DNA from: Escherichia coli
GTDB taxonomy: Bacteria > Pseudomonadota > Gammaproteobacteria > Enterobacterales > Enterobacteriaceae
DNA length: 64,000 bases
Reading direction: 5' to 3' (one strand)
NCBI RefSeq assembly: GCF_003790525.1
Contig: NZ_CP033635.1
A program made the position numbers and the translations under genes. Of the stretch, positions 63,058-64,000 are shown piece after piece. Each line of letters opens with the position of its first letter. Positions within the stretch are counted from its first letter, which is position 1. The notes below the pieces were generated by a model. The model made no database searches, had not been told where the DNA came from, and worked only from the letters and a program-made list of their open reading frames with translations.

Positions 63058-63921
63058 ATGGGAAGTGGATGGCATGAATGGCCGCTGATGATCTTCACGG
63101 TCTTCGGGCAATGTGTAGCGGGTGGTTTTATCGTTCTGGCTTTGGCGCTGCTCAAAGGCGACCTGCGAGCAGAAGCCCAGCAGCGTGTTATTGCCTGCAT
63201 GTTTGGTTTATGGGTGCTGATGGGCATTGGCTTTATCGCCTCTATGCTTCATCTTGGTTCACCGATGCGCGCCTTTAACTCGCTCAACCGGGTAGGGGCT
63301 TCAGCACTCAGTAACGAAATCGCCAGCGGTTCGATCTTTTTTGCTGTTGGTGGCATCGGCTGGTTACTGGCAATGCTGAAAAAGCTGTCACCGGCATTGC
63401 GTACGCTGTGGCTGGTGGTGACGATGGTTCTTGGCGTCATCTTTGTCTGGATGATGGTGCGTGTCTATAACAGCATCGATACCGTACCTACCTGGTACAG
63501 CATCTGGACGCCGATGGGCTTCTTCCTGACGATGTTTATGGGCGGCCCGTTACTGGGTTACCTGTTGTTGAGTCTGGCTGGCGTCGATGGCTGGGCGATG
63601 CGTCTGCTGCCAGCAATTTCTGTACTGGCACTGGTAGTGAGTGGCGTGATGTCAGTGATGCAGGGCGCAGAGCTGGCGACTATTCATAGTTCTGTGCAGC
63701 AGGCCGCAGCGCTGGTGCCGGACTATGGTGCGCTGATGTCCTGGCGGATCGTGCTTTTGGCCGTTGCCCTGTGCTTGTGGATTGCACCACAGCTAAAAGG
63801 TTATCAGCCTGCGGTTCCGCTACTTTCTGTATCATTCATTCTGCTTCTGGCAGGGGAATTAATCGGTCGCGGCGTATTCTATGGTTTGCATATGACCGTG
63901 GGGATGACCGTCGCAAGCTAA
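63058..63921 (+). CDS. dmsC: DMSO reductase membrane anchor subunit
   Basis: Polytopic membrane protein; start MGSGWHEWPLMIF inside the track ORF. Confidence 0.9.
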   Translation: MGSGWHEWPLMIFTVFGQCVAGGFIVLALALLKGDLRAEAQQRVIACMFGLWVLMGIGFIASMLHLGSPMRAFNSLNRVGASALSNEIASGSIFFAVGGIGWLLAMLKKLSPALRTLWLVVTMVLGVIFVWMMVRVYNSIDTVPTWYSIWTPMGFFLTMFMGGPLLGYLLLSLAGVDGWAMRLLPAISVLALVVSGVMSVMQGAELATIHSSVQQAAALVPDYGALMSWRIVLLAVALCLWIAPQLKGYQPAVPLLSVSFILLLAGELIGRGVFYGLHMTVGMTVAS

Positions 63922-64000
63922 TCAGTAACAACCGGGGTTTCGGCCCCGGTTCTCTTTTATTTCTGCTTCGTTAACGTGTCATAACTGGTCATCAAATTAC

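Overview
This window reads as an Escherichia/Shigella-type chromosome segment carrying two mobile elements. The core backbone is clpS-clpA, tRNA-Ser (serW), infA-aat-cydC-cydD-trxB on the minus strand, lrp-ftsK-lolA-rarA-serS on the plus strand, and dmsABC at the right edge. (1) Positions 1 to about 3500-4400 are the right end of a satellite/PICI-like island abutting clpS: a 9-bp iteron array, an SSB-like gene, a ProQ/FinO-domain gene, a lambda-type cos site and a Nu1-like small terminase gene with no large terminase. (2) A complete P2-like prophage of about 37.4 kb (22385-59788) sits in the serS terminator, flanked by a 15-bp direct repeat (CCTGCGGGCGCTTTT). The most unusual part is the 3.7 kb between attL and ogr (22400-26110): two Hok/Mok-like type I toxin loci (one with ATA in the start position), eight near-identical minus-oriented intrinsic terminator hairpins, four to five copies of a ~90-nt promoter-plus-terminator unit (sRNA or leader candidates), and three paralogs of a small protein (one intact). 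Other points of interest are the FI-FII-E-T-U tail module, which is inverted relative to the P2 order as I recall it, and uncharacterised cargo genes at the tin/old position and in the early region. All calls are from reading the sequence and ORF translations by eye; no searches were run. Coordinates I derived myself (not taken from the ORF track) may be off by 1-2 nt.
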